From IMG/VR virus record IMGVR_UViG_2061766007_000921: a stretch of DNA of 64,000 bases; one strand, 5' to 3'. Positions 11,701-19,757 of this stretch are shown piece after piece. The notes beneath the pieces were generated by a model. That model searched no databases and was not told where the DNA came from. It saw only the letters and a list, made by a program, of their open reading frames with translations. Numbering within the stretch: position 1 is the stretch's first letter; each line of letters opens with the position of its first letter. Source of the DNA: an uncultured virus (IMG/VR IMGVR_UViG_2061766007_000921) (taxonomy: Duplodnaviria > Heunggongvirae > Uroviricota > Caudoviricetes). Both the position numbers and the translations under genes were made by a program.

Positions 11701-14700
11701 TGTGTACCGATTTCACCTTGAGTTCCCTCATATCCCTGAGTTCCGTCAAATCCTTGTGTACCAATTTCGCCTTGAGTACCAATCTCACCTTGGGTACCAA
11801 TTTCACCTTGAACACCTTCATAACCTTGAGTTCCTATTTCTCCTTGTGTACCTTCAATTCCTTGTGTACCTTCATAACCTTGGGTTCCCTCATATCCTTG
11901 TGTTCCTATTTCTCCTTGAGTACCAATTTCTCCTTGAACACCTTCATATCCTTGTGTACCAATTTCGCCTTGTGTACCAGTTTCACCTTGGGTACCTTCA
12001 ATTCCTTGTGTACCCTCATATCCTTGAGTTCCTTCGTAACCTTGTGTGCCAAATTCTCCTTGGGTTCCCTCGTAACCTTGTGTGCCAATTTCACCTTGTG
12101 TACCAATTTCACCCTGTGTTCCGATTTCGCCTTGAGTTCCCTCATAACCTTGAGTACCTTCATATCCTTGTGTGCCAAGTTCTCCTTGAGTTCCTTCGTA
12201 TCCTTGAGTACCAATTTCACCTTGAGTACCAAGTTCACCTTGAACACCTTCATATCCTTGAGTACCTTCATATCCCTGAGTTCCCTCAAATCCTTGAGTA
12301 CCAAGTTCTCCTTGTGTTCCTTCATATCCTTGGGTACCAATTTCTCCTTGAGTGCCAATTTCACCTTGTGTACCCTCATATCCTTGAGTTCCTTCATAAC
12401 CTTGTGTACCAAGCTCTCCTTGAATACCTTCGTATCCTTGAGTTCCTTCGTATCCTTGTGTACCAATTTCACCTTGAGTACCTACTTCACCCTGAATACC
12501 TTCATAACCCTGTGTACCTTCATATCCTTGAGTTCCTTGTTCACCTTGTGTACCTTCATATCCTTGAGTACCCTCATAACCTTGCGTACCAATTTCACCT
12601 TGAGTGCCCTCATAACCTTGAGTTCCCTCATATCCTTGGGTTCCTTCGTATCCTTGGGTTCCTACTTCACCTTGAATTCCTTCATAACCTTGAGTTCCCT
12701 CATATCCTTGTGTTCCTTCATATCCTTGAATACCAGCTTCACCTTGAGTGCCCTCATAACCTTGAGTTCCCTCATATCCTTGGGTTCCTTCGTATCCTTG
12801 GGTTCCTTCATAACCTTGTGTACCTTCATAACCCTGTGTACCGAGTTCTCCTTGTATACCTTCGTATCCCTGAGTTCCTTCATATCCTTGGGTACCCTCA
12901 TATCCTTGAGTTCCTTCATAACCTTGGGTGCCTTCATATCCCTGAGTTCCCTCGTATCCTTGAGTACCTTCATATCCTTGAACACCTTCATAACCTTGGG
13001 TTCCTTCGTATCCTTGGGTACCCTCATATCCTTGTGTTCCTTCATATCCTTGAGTTCCTTTATAACCTTGGGTGCCTTCATAACCCTGGGTACCCTCATA
13101 TCCTTGAATACCTTCGTATCCTTGAATACCAACTTCACCTTGAGTACCTTCGTAACCTTGTGTACCCTCATATCCTTGAGTTCCTTCATATCCTTGAGGA
13201 CCACCAGGAAGACCTTGAGTACCAATTTCACCTTGTGCACCAGGATTTCCAGGAAGACCTGAAGGACCACGATCACCTTCAGGACCTTTTTCACCTTGAG
13301 TACCAATTTCACCTTGAGTACCAATTTCACCTTGAACACCAGGATTTCCTTCAAAACCTTGAGTACCTCTTGTTCCTCGAAGACCTTGTGTACCAGAAAC
13401 ACCCTGATTTCCGGGCTCTCCTTTATCACCAGGTTCTCCTTTATCACCAGTGTCACCAGGCTCTCCTCTATATCCTTGCAAACCTCTAAATCCTTGTACA
13501 CCTCTAAGACCTTGTGTACCAAATTCTCCTTGTGTACCAAATGTTCCTTGAGTACCTACCAATCCTTGTGTACCGACAAGACCTTGAGTACCAATTGTTC
13601 CTTGTGTACCAATTGTTCCTTGAGTTCCGAAAGGACCTTGAGTACCTATCAATCCTTGTGTACCAATTGTACCAAGTGTACCAGTTAATCCCTGTGTGCC
13701 AAGAGGACCTTGAGTACCAATTTCACCTTGTGTACCAACAGTTCCTTGAGTTCCTCTTGAACCATATCCTTGTGTACCAATATATCCTTGAGTTCCGTAA
13801 AAACCTTGTGAACCAAATTCACCTTGAATTCCTTGATAACCTTGAGTTCCTTGATCTCCTTGTGTACCAAGCAATCCTTGAGTTCCTGTATATCCTTGTG
13901 TACCAATTTCACCTTGAGTACCAAGAATACCTTGAATACCAATTAATCCTTGAGTTCCAGTATATCCTTGTGTACCAATAGTTCCTTGTGTACCAATTTC
14001 TCCTTGAACACCGATATATCCTTGTGTTCCTTCAAAACCTTGTGTACCAAAATCTCCTTGTGTTCCTATAAGACCTTGAGTACCTTCATATCCTTGTGTA
14101 CCAAGAATACCTTGTGTTCCTTCTTCTCCTTGAGTACCAATTGTACCTTGAGTACCTTCATATCCTTGTGTTCCTTGTTCACCTTGAGTTCCGAGCAATC
14201 CTTGTGTTCCTTGATAACCTTGAGTACCAAGTTCACCTTGAGTTCCTTGTTCACCTTGAGTTCCAATCAATCCTTGAGTACCTTCATAACCTTGAGTACC
14301 ATAAACTCCTTGTGTACCCAATAAACCTTGAGTACCTTCATAACCTTGAGAACCAATTATTCCTTGTGTTCCTTGTTCACCTTGAGTGCCATCAAATCCT
14401 TGAGTTCCAGTAAATCCTTGAGTACCAGTATATCCTTGTGAACCAACTTCACCTTGAATACCGTCATAACCTTGAGTTCCTTGTTCACCTTGTGTACCTT
14501 CAACACCTTGAGTTCCTATAGTACCTTGAGTTCCATCATATCCTTGTGTACCAATTATACCTTGAGTTCCTTGTTCTCCTTGAGTACCATCAAAACCTTG
14601 AGTACCATCAAAACCTTGAGTACCATAATCTCCACGTGTTCCTATTTCACCTTGTGTTCCTTGATATCCTTGTGTACCTTCAATACCTTGAGTACCGATA

Positions 14701-16604
14701 GTTCCTTGTGAACCTTCATATCCTTGTGTACCAATTTCACCCTGAGTACCTACGTATCCTTGAGAACCTACAGTTCCCTGAAAACCTTCATATCCTTGTG
14801 TACCAATTATACCTTGAGTTCCTTGTTCACCCTGAGTACCAAATGTTCCTTGAGTTCCGTCAAATCCTTGAGTACCAACTTCACCCTGAGTACCAATATA
14901 TCCTTGTGTTCCGTCAAATCCCTGCGTACCATCAAAACCTTGTGTACCGTAAGTACCTTGAACACCAATTACTCCTTGAGTTCCTTCATATCCTTGAGAA
15001 CCTATTGTTCCCTGTGTACCAATTGTTCCTTGAGTACCAAATTCACCTTGGATACCAGTATATCCTTGAGTTCCTTCATATCCTTGAGAACCTACGATAC
15101 CTTGAATTCCTTCATATCCTTGTGTACCAAGTTCACCTTGAGTTCCTTGTTCACCTTGGGTTCCAGTTGTTCCTTGTGTACCATCAAATCCTTGTGTTCC
15201 TTGTTCACCGCGTGTACCGTATATACCTTGGCTTCCTTCATATCCCTGTGTACCTACAATACCTTGAGTACCAATTGTTCCTTGTGTACCAATTGTTCCT
15301 TGAAAACCTTCATATCCTTGAGAACCTACAATACCTTGAGTACCAATTGTTCCTTGTGGACCTTCAGGACCGATAACACCTTGTGTTCCTTCATATCCTT
15401 GAGAACCTATAATACCTTGAGTACCAACTTCACCTTGAGTTCCTTGCTCACCTTGTGTACCAAAATTTCCTTGTGAACCGATTGTTCCTTGCTCACCTTG
15501 AATACCAATATATCCTTGTGTACCAAGAATACCTTGAGTACCAATATATCCTTGTGTTCCATCAAAACCTTGTGTACCAACAGTTCCTGTAAGTCCTTGG
15601 ACACCAAGTAATCCCTGAGTACCAAATTGTCCTTGAGTACCAAAATCTCCTTGGGTACCAATAGTTCCTGTAAGTCCTTGAGTACCAATATATCCTTGAG
15701 TACCTTCATAACCTTGAGAACCTATAATACCTTGAGTACCAATTTCTCCTTGAACTCCTTGTTCACCTTGTGTACCAAATTGTCCTTGTGAACCTATCAA
15801 TCCTTGAGTACCAAATTCTCCTTGTATTCCTTGAAGTCCTTGAGTACCAATTTGTCCTTGAGTACCAATATAACCTTGGGTGCCCTCATATCCTTGAGAA
15901 CCAACTTCACCGCGAGTACCGTATATACCTTGAGTACCAATTTCTCCTTGAGTACCAATCAAACCTTGAGTGCCTCTAGTTCCTACAAGTCCTTGAGTAC
16001 CAATGTATCCTTGTACACCCCAAAAACCTTGAGTACCAAGTAATCCTTGAGTACCAAAATCACCAAGTGTACCAATCAATCCTTGTACACCTATAAGTCC
16101 TTGAGTACCAATTTGTCCCTGCGTGCCAATAACACCCATTGTACCTTCGTAACCTTGTGTTCCTTGGCGGCCAGGAGTTCCTTGTTCACCTTGTTCACCA
16201 CGAGCTCCAACATATCCTTGAGGTCCTCTTTCTCCTTGAGTACCATATACACCTTGAGGTCCTTGGATACCTTGTATACCAATAAGTCCTTGTGTACCAA
16301 ATAATCCTTGAGTACCAATTATACCTTGAGTACCAAGTAATCCTTGTGTACCTATTAAACCTTGTGTACCATCAAAACCTTGAGTACCAATTAATCCTTG
16401 TAAACCTTCTTTCCAACCAATTGGAAGTCCGTCAATGAATACTCTACCTTCTCCCTTTATATAGTAGAATGCATCATCATCAATAAGTTTTTGTCCAGTT
16501 ATCTCTCCTGCTTCTATACTAGCATCATGCTCAACCAACTTGTCATAATGTTCTTGAGATCCTTGATAAAACTGAACATATGTTGAAGTGTCTGTATTTG
16601 CCAT
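5709..16604 (-). CDS. Giant collagen-like fibre protein (3631 aa)
   Basis: ATG at 16604 (MANTDTSTYVQFYQG). A short N-domain precedes about 3450 residues of Gly-X-Y dominated by G-x-x-G-T-Q, followed by a ~115-aa C-terminal domain. ATAAATA lies upstream. Confidence 0.9.
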   Translation of the reverse strand: MANTDTSTYVQFYQGSQEHYDKLVEHDASIEAGEITGQKLIDDDAFYYIKGEGRVFIDGLPIGWKEGLQGLIGTQGFDGTQGLIGTQGLLGTQGIIGTQGLFGTQGLIGIQGIQGPQGVYGTQGERGPQGYVGARGEQGEQGTPGRQGTQGYEGTMGVIGTQGQIGTQGLIGVQGLIGTLGDFGTQGLLGTQGFWGVQGYIGTQGLVGTRGTQGLIGTQGEIGTQGIYGTRGEVGSQGYEGTQGYIGTQGQIGTQGLQGIQGEFGTQGLIGSQGQFGTQGEQGVQGEIGTQGIIGSQGYEGTQGYIGTQGLTGTIGTQGDFGTQGQFGTQGLLGVQGLTGTVGTQGFDGTQGYIGTQGILGTQGYIGIQGEQGTIGSQGNFGTQGEQGTQGEVGTQGIIGSQGYEGTQGVIGPEGPQGTIGTQGIVGSQGYEGFQGTIGTQGTIGTQGIVGTQGYEGSQGIYGTRGEQGTQGFDGTQGTTGTQGEQGTQGELGTQGYEGIQGIVGSQGYEGTQGYTGIQGEFGTQGTIGTQGTIGSQGYEGTQGVIGVQGTYGTQGFDGTQGFDGTQGYIGTQGEVGTQGFDGTQGTFGTQGEQGTQGIIGTQGYEGFQGTVGSQGYVGTQGEIGTQGYEGSQGTIGTQGIEGTQGYQGTQGEIGTRGDYGTQGFDGTQGFDGTQGEQGTQGIIGTQGYDGTQGTIGTQGVEGTQGEQGTQGYDGIQGEVGSQGYTGTQGFTGTQGFDGTQGEQGTQGIIGSQGYEGTQGLLGTQGVYGTQGYEGTQGLIGTQGEQGTQGELGTQGYQGTQGLLGTQGEQGTQGYEGTQGTIGTQGEEGTQGILGTQGYEGTQGLIGTQGDFGTQGFEGTQGYIGVQGEIGTQGTIGTQGYTGTQGLIGIQGILGTQGEIGTQGYTGTQGLLGTQGDQGTQGYQGIQGEFGSQGFYGTQGYIGTQGYGSRGTQGTVGTQGEIGTQGPLGTQGLTGTLGTIGTQGLIGTQGPFGTQGTIGTQGTIGTQGLVGTQGLVGTQGTFGTQGEFGTQGLRGVQGFRGLQGYRGEPGDTGDKGEPGDKGEPGNQGVSGTQGLRGTRGTQGFEGNPGVQGEIGTQGEIGTQGEKGPEGDRGPSGLPGNPGAQGEIGTQGLPGGPQGYEGTQGYEGTQGYEGTQGEVGIQGYEGIQGYEGTQGYEGTQGYKGTQGYEGTQGYEGTQGYEGTQGYEGVQGYEGTQGYEGTQGYEGTQGYEGTQGYEGTQGYEGTQGYEGIQGELGTQGYEGTQGYEGTQGYEGTQGYEGTQGYEGTQGEAGIQGYEGTQGYEGTQGYEGIQGEVGTQGYEGTQGYEGTQGYEGTQGEIGTQGYEGTQGYEGTQGEQGTQGYEGTQGYEGIQGEVGTQGEIGTQGYEGTQGYEGIQGELGTQGYEGTQGYEGTQGEIGTQGEIGTQGYEGTQGELGTQGFEGTQGYEGTQGYEGVQGELGTQGEIGTQGYEGTQGELGTQGYEGTQGYEGTQGEIGTQGEIGTQGEIGTQGYEGTQGEFGTQGYEGTQGYEGTQGIEGTQGETGTQGEIGTQGYEGVQGEIGTQGEIGTQGYEGTQGYEGTQGIEGTQGEIGTQGYEGVQGEIGTQGEIGTQGEIGTQGFDGTQGYEGTQGEIGTQGYEGTQGEVGTQGEIGTQGELGTQGFDGTQGEIGTQGELGTQGYEGTQGETGTQGEIGTQGELGTQGYEGTQGEIGTQGEIGTQGYQGTQGEIGTQGEVGTQGEIGTQGFDGTQGYEGTQGQFGTQGYEGTQGLIGTQGEIGTQGEIGTQGFDGTQGEIGTQGELGTQGYEGTQGLVGTQGEIGTQGEIGTQGFDGTQGLIGTQGEIGTQGELGTQGYDGTQGEIGTQGEIGTQGYEGTQGLVGTQGEIGTQGEIGTQGYQGTQGEIGTQGEVGTQGEIGTQGYQGTQGLIGTQGEFGTQGYEGTQGLIGTQGEIGTQGEIGTQGYQGTQGLVGTQGEQGTQGYEGTQGLVGTQGEIGTQGEIGTQGYQGTQGLIGTQGEFGTQGYDGTQGYQGTQGLVGTQGEIGTQGYQGTQGLVGTQGEIGTQGEIGTQGYQGTQGLVGTQGEFGTQGYEGTQGLVGTQGEIGTQGEIGTQGYQGTQGLIGTQGLVGTQGYEGTQGLVGTQGEIGTQGELGTQGYFGTQGLVGTQGEQGTQGYQGTQGLFGTQGEQGIQGEIGTQGYQGTQGLVGTQGEIGTQGELGTQGYQGTQGLVGTQGEQGTQGYQGTQGLAGTQGLFGTQGELGTQGYQGIQGLVGTQGEQGTQGYQGTQGLAGTQGLVGTQGEIGTQGYQGTQGLVGTQGEYGTQGYQGTQGLIGTQGLVGTQGLLGTQGYQGTQGLTGTQGEIGTQGEIGTQGYQGTQGLIGTQGELGTQGYQGTQGLTGTQGLVGTQGLIGTQGYYGTQGLQGTQGEYGTQGYQGTQGLVGTQGLVGTQGEQGTQGYQGTQGLVGTQGLVGTQGLIGTQGYYGTQGLVGTQGEQGTQGYQGTQGLTGTQGLVGTQGEQGTQGYFGTQGLVGTQGLQGTQGYQGVQGLIGTQGLIGTQGELGTQGYFGTQGLVGTQGLEGTQGLIGTQGYQGIQGLVGTQGLQGTQGYQGTQGLTGTQGLFGTQGEQGTQGYQGVQGLVGTQGLQGTQGYQGVQGLIGTQGLIGTQGLIGTQGYYGTFGTQGLTGTLGTQGYQGTQGLVGTQGLIGTQGLVGTQGYYGTQGLVGTQGLVGTQGLIGTQGYYGTQGLVGTQGLIGTQGYQGTQGLTGTQGLTGTQGLIGTQGYYGTFGTQGLTGTLGTQGYQGAQGLVGTQGLVGTQGLIGTQGYYGTFGTQGLTGTLGTQGYTGTFGTHGTQGLRGTQGLVGTQGYYGTFGTQGLTGTLGTQGYTGTFGTHGTQGLVGTQGLVGTQGYYGTFGTQGLTGTLGTQGYQGTQGLVGTQGLRGTQGLIGTQGYYGTFGTQGLTGTLGTQGYQGAQGLTGTQGLRGTQGLIGTQGYYGTFGTQGLTGTLGTQGYQGVQGLTGTQGLRGTQGLIGTQGYYGTFGTQGLTGTLGTQGYTGTFGTHGTQGLRGTQGLVGTQGYYGTRGTQGLTGTLGTQGYTGTFGTHGTQGLRGTQGLIGTQGYHGTFGTQGLTGTLGTQGYTGTFGTRGTQGLRGTQGLIGTQGYYGTFGTQGLTGTLGTQGYQGVQGLTGTQGLRGTQGLLGTQGYYGTFGTQGLTGTLGTQGYTGTFGTRGTQGLRGTQGLRGTQGYYGTFGTQGLTGTLGTQGYTGTFGTRGTQGLRGTQGLRGTQGYYGTFGTQGLIGTLGTQGYTGTFGTRGTQGLRGTQGLRGTQGYYGTFGTQGLTGTLGTQGYTGTFGTRGTQGLRGTQGLRGTQGYYGTFGTQGLTGTLGTQGYTGTFGTRGTQGLRGTQGLRGTQGYYGTFGTQGLTGTLGTQGYVGTFGTRGTQGLRGTQGLRGTQGYYGTFGTQGLTGTLGTQGYRGTTGATGNQGTRGTQGLLGTTGYQGTRGTQGLRGLQGTQGYIGVQGLPGFVKEVKAKLANGTDSSYNGTADKDWTAGFYYAKMADQLRLLDNSTNTSEQYPLWANGAGATSGTIGTARDLYTTNIKLKYIPNTGTLMSTEFKVDNAVTLKYNTTTKSLDFIFD
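6054..16406 (-). repeat. Coding tandem repeat, 9/18-bp period (Gly-X-Y collagen), ~10.3 kb
   Basis: Recurrent ccttgagtacc / ccttgtgtacc / ccttgagttcc on the + strand every 18 bp, with synonymous variation and higher-order blocks. Confidence 0.95.
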
Positions 16605-16653
16605 TAAATCGTGGATTGTGAAAAATTTTTCATTATATTTATTAGAATAAAAC

Positions 16654-16683
16654 AAAAGGACGACTCTCAAAAGCCGTCCTTTA
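16654..16683 (-). terminator. Rho-independent terminator
   Basis: Minus strand AAAAGGACGGCT-tttgag-AGTCGTCCTTTT between the two collagen genes. Confidence 0.7.
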
Positions 16684-16707
16684 CAAATATTTGATGTAAC
16701 ATTTTAT

Positions 16708-19002
16708 TTATTCTATTGACATTCCTAAGTGTGCTTCAATATTTTCAAGTCTTGCTTCAATTTTACTTAAAATTGTCATCAAGTTGTCATCATATTTTAA
16801 CTTCAAAGTATCAACAGTTGCTCTAATATATTTTACTTCTAAATTGTTACCATTGATATCTGCAGCACGACCAGGATAACCTTGTGTACCTTGATAACCT
16901 TGTGTACCTCTTTCACCTTGTTGACCAGCAAAACCAGATGTTCCTCTAATTCCTTGAGGTCCTCTTTCACCCTGTGTTCCTCGATAACCTTGTACGCCTT
17001 GTTCACCTGCTAAACCAGTTGTTCCTTTTTCTCCTTGAGGTCCGCGAAGTCCTTGTTCTCCTTCAGGTCCTCTAAATCCTACAGGTCCTTGAGGTCCAGC
17101 AAATCCTTGTACTCCTTGTTCACCTTTATCACCTTTAGTTCCCTGTTCACCTTGAGTTCCGACATATCCTTGTGTACCAATTTTTCCTTGTGGTCCTTGA
17201 TAACCAGCAAATCCTATAGGTCCTTGAGGGCCAGGAAGTCCTTGTGCTCCTTGAAAACCTGTTGCTCCTCTAAATCCTTGAGGTCCTCTATCTCCTTCAG
17301 CACCTTTATCACCAGTTGCTCCTTTATCTCCTTCTTCACCTTTATCTCCAACTGGTCCCTTTTCGCCACGTTCGCCGCGATCACCAGGAGTTCCTTTATC
17401 ACCACGAAGTCCTTTATCACCATCAGCTCCACGATCTCCTTGAGGTCCTTTTTCACCACGTTCACCTTGTTCACCTTTTTCGCCAGGAAGTCCTTGTTCA
17501 CCTCTTGGTCCTGCTTCACCACGTTCTCCTTGAATTCCCTTTTCACCTTGAGGTCCTTTTTCACCTTGAGGTCCTCTAAATCCTGCAGGTCCTCTTAAAC
17601 CAGGAGTTCCTTCAAATCCTTGAGTTCCTTGTTCACCACGAAGACCTTGTTCACCACGAACACCTTCTTCTCCTCTTGGTCCCTGAATACCTGGAGTTCC
17701 TGCTTCACCTTGAGTACCAATTGCTCCTTGTGTTCCACGATCTCCTTGAGGTCCAACTTCTCCTTGAGGTCCTTTTTCTCCGCGATCACCTTGAGGTCCT
17801 TTGTCTCCTTGTTCACCTTGTTTTCCTGTAGTTCCCCAATATCCTTGAGGTCCAACTTCTCCTTGTGGTCCTTGAACTCCACGAGTACCTTGCAAGCCTT
17901 GTGTTCCTGATTCACCTTGTGCACCTTTAAATCCTACAGGTCCTCTAATTCCTTGAGTTCCTTGTTCACCTGGGAGTCCTCTATATCCTTGTGGTCCTCT
18001 TTCACCTTGAATTCCTTGATAACCTTGTGCTCCACGAAGACCTTGAGTACCCATCATTCCAATTTCACCTTGTGTTCCTTGTTCACCACGAGTACCAGTT
18101 TCTCCTTGATAACCAATTTCACCGCGTTCTCCTTTATCTCCTTGCGGTCCTTTCAAACCTTCTTCTCCTCTTGGTCCTTGAGGTCCTCTATAACCTTCAG
18201 CACCAGTTTGTCCAGGAAGTCCTTGTGTACCAATCAATCCTTGTGGTCCTTGGAAGCCAGCAGGTCCTCTAATTCCTTGAGGGCCAATTGGTCCAATTTC
18301 TCCTTGAGGTCCTTGTATACCTTCAGCACCTTGAATACCTTGATATCCTTGTGTTCCAATTTCACCTTGTGTACCAATTAATCCACGAGGACCGTAATCT
18401 CCTTGATCTCCTTGTGGTCCAATAGGTCCTTGAGGGCCAATTGGTCCAATTTCACCTTGAGGTCCAGGAAGTCCTTGAACACCAGGCTCTCCTTTTTCTC
18501 CACACTCACCTTGGGGTCCTTTATCTCCTTGTTCACCCTTTATACCTTGAACACCAGGAGTTCCTTCTGGTCCTTGAAATCCTCTTGCACCACGAAGCAT
18601 TCCCTTTTCAACTTTATTCAATATTCCTACAACTATAGTTCTAAGATCTGATAAAGTTTTTATATTGTTTTTCTCAGCGGCAGTTAAAGAAAAAATATCC
18701 TTTTCAATATCATTTACTTTTATTAAAGATGAAGATTTTGTATTTGCAGATGATGAAGACTTAAGCATGCTTCTATTAAAACTTGCAGACAATATAATAT
18801 CATCATCTGGTTCATCATATGTGCTTGAATCATCTGGATCATCATATATGCTTGAATCAGAAATAGAATAACCTGCTATTATATCACCTGTATCTTCTGC
18901 TAAATAAATTGCATCAAATTCGCGTGTTGGATCTTCACTCTGTATTAAATCTATATAATTTTCAATTTGAGTTTTAGTTCCTTTGTAAAATTCAACTAAC
19001 AT
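16708..19002 (-). CDS. Collagen-like fibre protein (764 aa)
   Basis: About 190 Gly-X-Y triplets (GPQ, GEK, GDK, GTQ) and a C-terminal coiled coil (ILSKIEARLENIEAHL). The N-terminus resembles that of the giant collagen. Confidence 0.9.
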   Translation of the reverse strand: MLVEFYKGTKTQIENYIDLIQSEDPTREFDAIYLAEDTGDIIAGYSISDSSIYDDPDDSSTYDEPDDDIILSASFNRSMLKSSSSANTKSSSLIKVNDIEKDIFSLTAAEKNNIKTLSDLRTIVVGILNKVEKGMLRGARGFQGPEGTPGVQGIKGEQGDKGPQGECGEKGEPGVQGLPGPQGEIGPIGPQGPIGPQGDQGDYGPRGLIGTQGEIGTQGYQGIQGAEGIQGPQGEIGPIGPQGIRGPAGFQGPQGLIGTQGLPGQTGAEGYRGPQGPRGEEGLKGPQGDKGERGEIGYQGETGTRGEQGTQGEIGMMGTQGLRGAQGYQGIQGERGPQGYRGLPGEQGTQGIRGPVGFKGAQGESGTQGLQGTRGVQGPQGEVGPQGYWGTTGKQGEQGDKGPQGDRGEKGPQGEVGPQGDRGTQGAIGTQGEAGTPGIQGPRGEEGVRGEQGLRGEQGTQGFEGTPGLRGPAGFRGPQGEKGPQGEKGIQGERGEAGPRGEQGLPGEKGEQGERGEKGPQGDRGADGDKGLRGDKGTPGDRGERGEKGPVGDKGEEGDKGATGDKGAEGDRGPQGFRGATGFQGAQGLPGPQGPIGFAGYQGPQGKIGTQGYVGTQGEQGTKGDKGEQGVQGFAGPQGPVGFRGPEGEQGLRGPQGEKGTTGLAGEQGVQGYRGTQGERGPQGIRGTSGFAGQQGERGTQGYQGTQGYPGRAADINGNNLEVKYIRATVDTLKLKYDDNLMTILSKIEARLENIEAHLGMSIE

Positions 19003-19040
19003 GTTTAAAAATTGAACATTTCTTTTCTATTGTATTTATT

Positions 19041-19071
19041 AAAAAGAGGAACAAGATCAATCTTGTTCCTC
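19041..19071 (-). terminator. Rho-independent terminator
   Basis: Minus strand GAGGAACAAGA-ttga-TCTTGTTCCTC followed by TTTTT. Confidence 0.8.
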
Positions 19072-19116
19072 ACATAAAAACAAAAATAACAATCCTATGA
19101 AGAATAGTTTAATTGC

Positions 19117-19656
19117 TTAAATTTCTGGAAACTTTTTCCATGAAAGCATCTCTCTTATAATTTGCATCTTTTCATCTACAAGATTTACAAATACTGGACT
19201 ATCTGTAATTTTTTCTGCAAGATCATCAACAATACCTTCACTTTGAAGAGCATCTGCTATTGCGGCATTTACTGTATCTTGTGTGATAATACTATCAAAC
19301 ATTTCTTTCAATGTAATAGTACTTCCATCATCAAGAACAATTATTGATTCATTTGCTATAGAATTGTTGATTGAGCAATTAATATAAGGATGCTCAGGAT
19401 CTGCTGAACCTATTCCAAATGCAAGCTCTATAGTTTTAATAGGTTCACCAGTAGATGCATCAACTTTGTTTTTATGAACATAATAAAAAGGAACTGCAAT
19501 AGGCTCACCTAAAACAAGTTTCTTTGCTAAAATTAAATCAATAGCTTCATCAAAAGATGATGCAATCTTTTTGTATGATATAAACTTTAAAAGGTCTGCA
19601 GGAGTCTCTGGATGAGTTCCGTGAATTCCTCTATATGTATTATTCAATGCAGTCAT
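19117..19656 (-). CDS. Hypothetical late (probably virion) protein
   Basis: 179-aa ORF with GATAAATA upstream, adjacent to fibre genes. Confidence 0.6.
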   Translation of the reverse strand: MTALNNTYRGIHGTHPETPADLLKFISYKKIASSFDEAIDLILAKKLVLGEPIAVPFYYVHKNKVDASTGEPIKTIELAFGIGSADPEHPYINCSINNSIANESIIVLDDGSTITLKEMFDSIITQDTVNAAIADALQSEGIVDDLAEKITDSPVFVNLVDEKMQIIREMLSWKKFPEI

Positions 19657-19719
19657 ATATTAATCTAAATATTTCAATTTATTTATCTCTACGGAAAATT
19701 GAAGTTACAAATAATTGCA

Positions 19720-19727
19720 TATAAATA
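19720..19727 (+). promoter_or_regulatory. T4-type late promoter TATAAATA
   Basis: Exact T4 late consensus 30 bp upstream of terS. The ATAAATA core recurs upstream of most structural genes (see findings). Confidence 0.65.
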
Positions 19728-19757
19728 AATTAAACAATTATAACAATCTAAAATTAT

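Noticed and set aside
6054..16406. CRISPR array or non-coding satellite
   Set aside because: The period is 9/18 bp with third-position variation and no unique spacers; the repeat is protein-coding.
6212..18651. Dozens of long + strand and alternate-frame ORFs (up to 826 aa) over the collagen genes
   Set aside because: They are shadow frames of the 9/18-bp coding repeat, with low-complexity LEYQ/TLS translations and no independent start signals.
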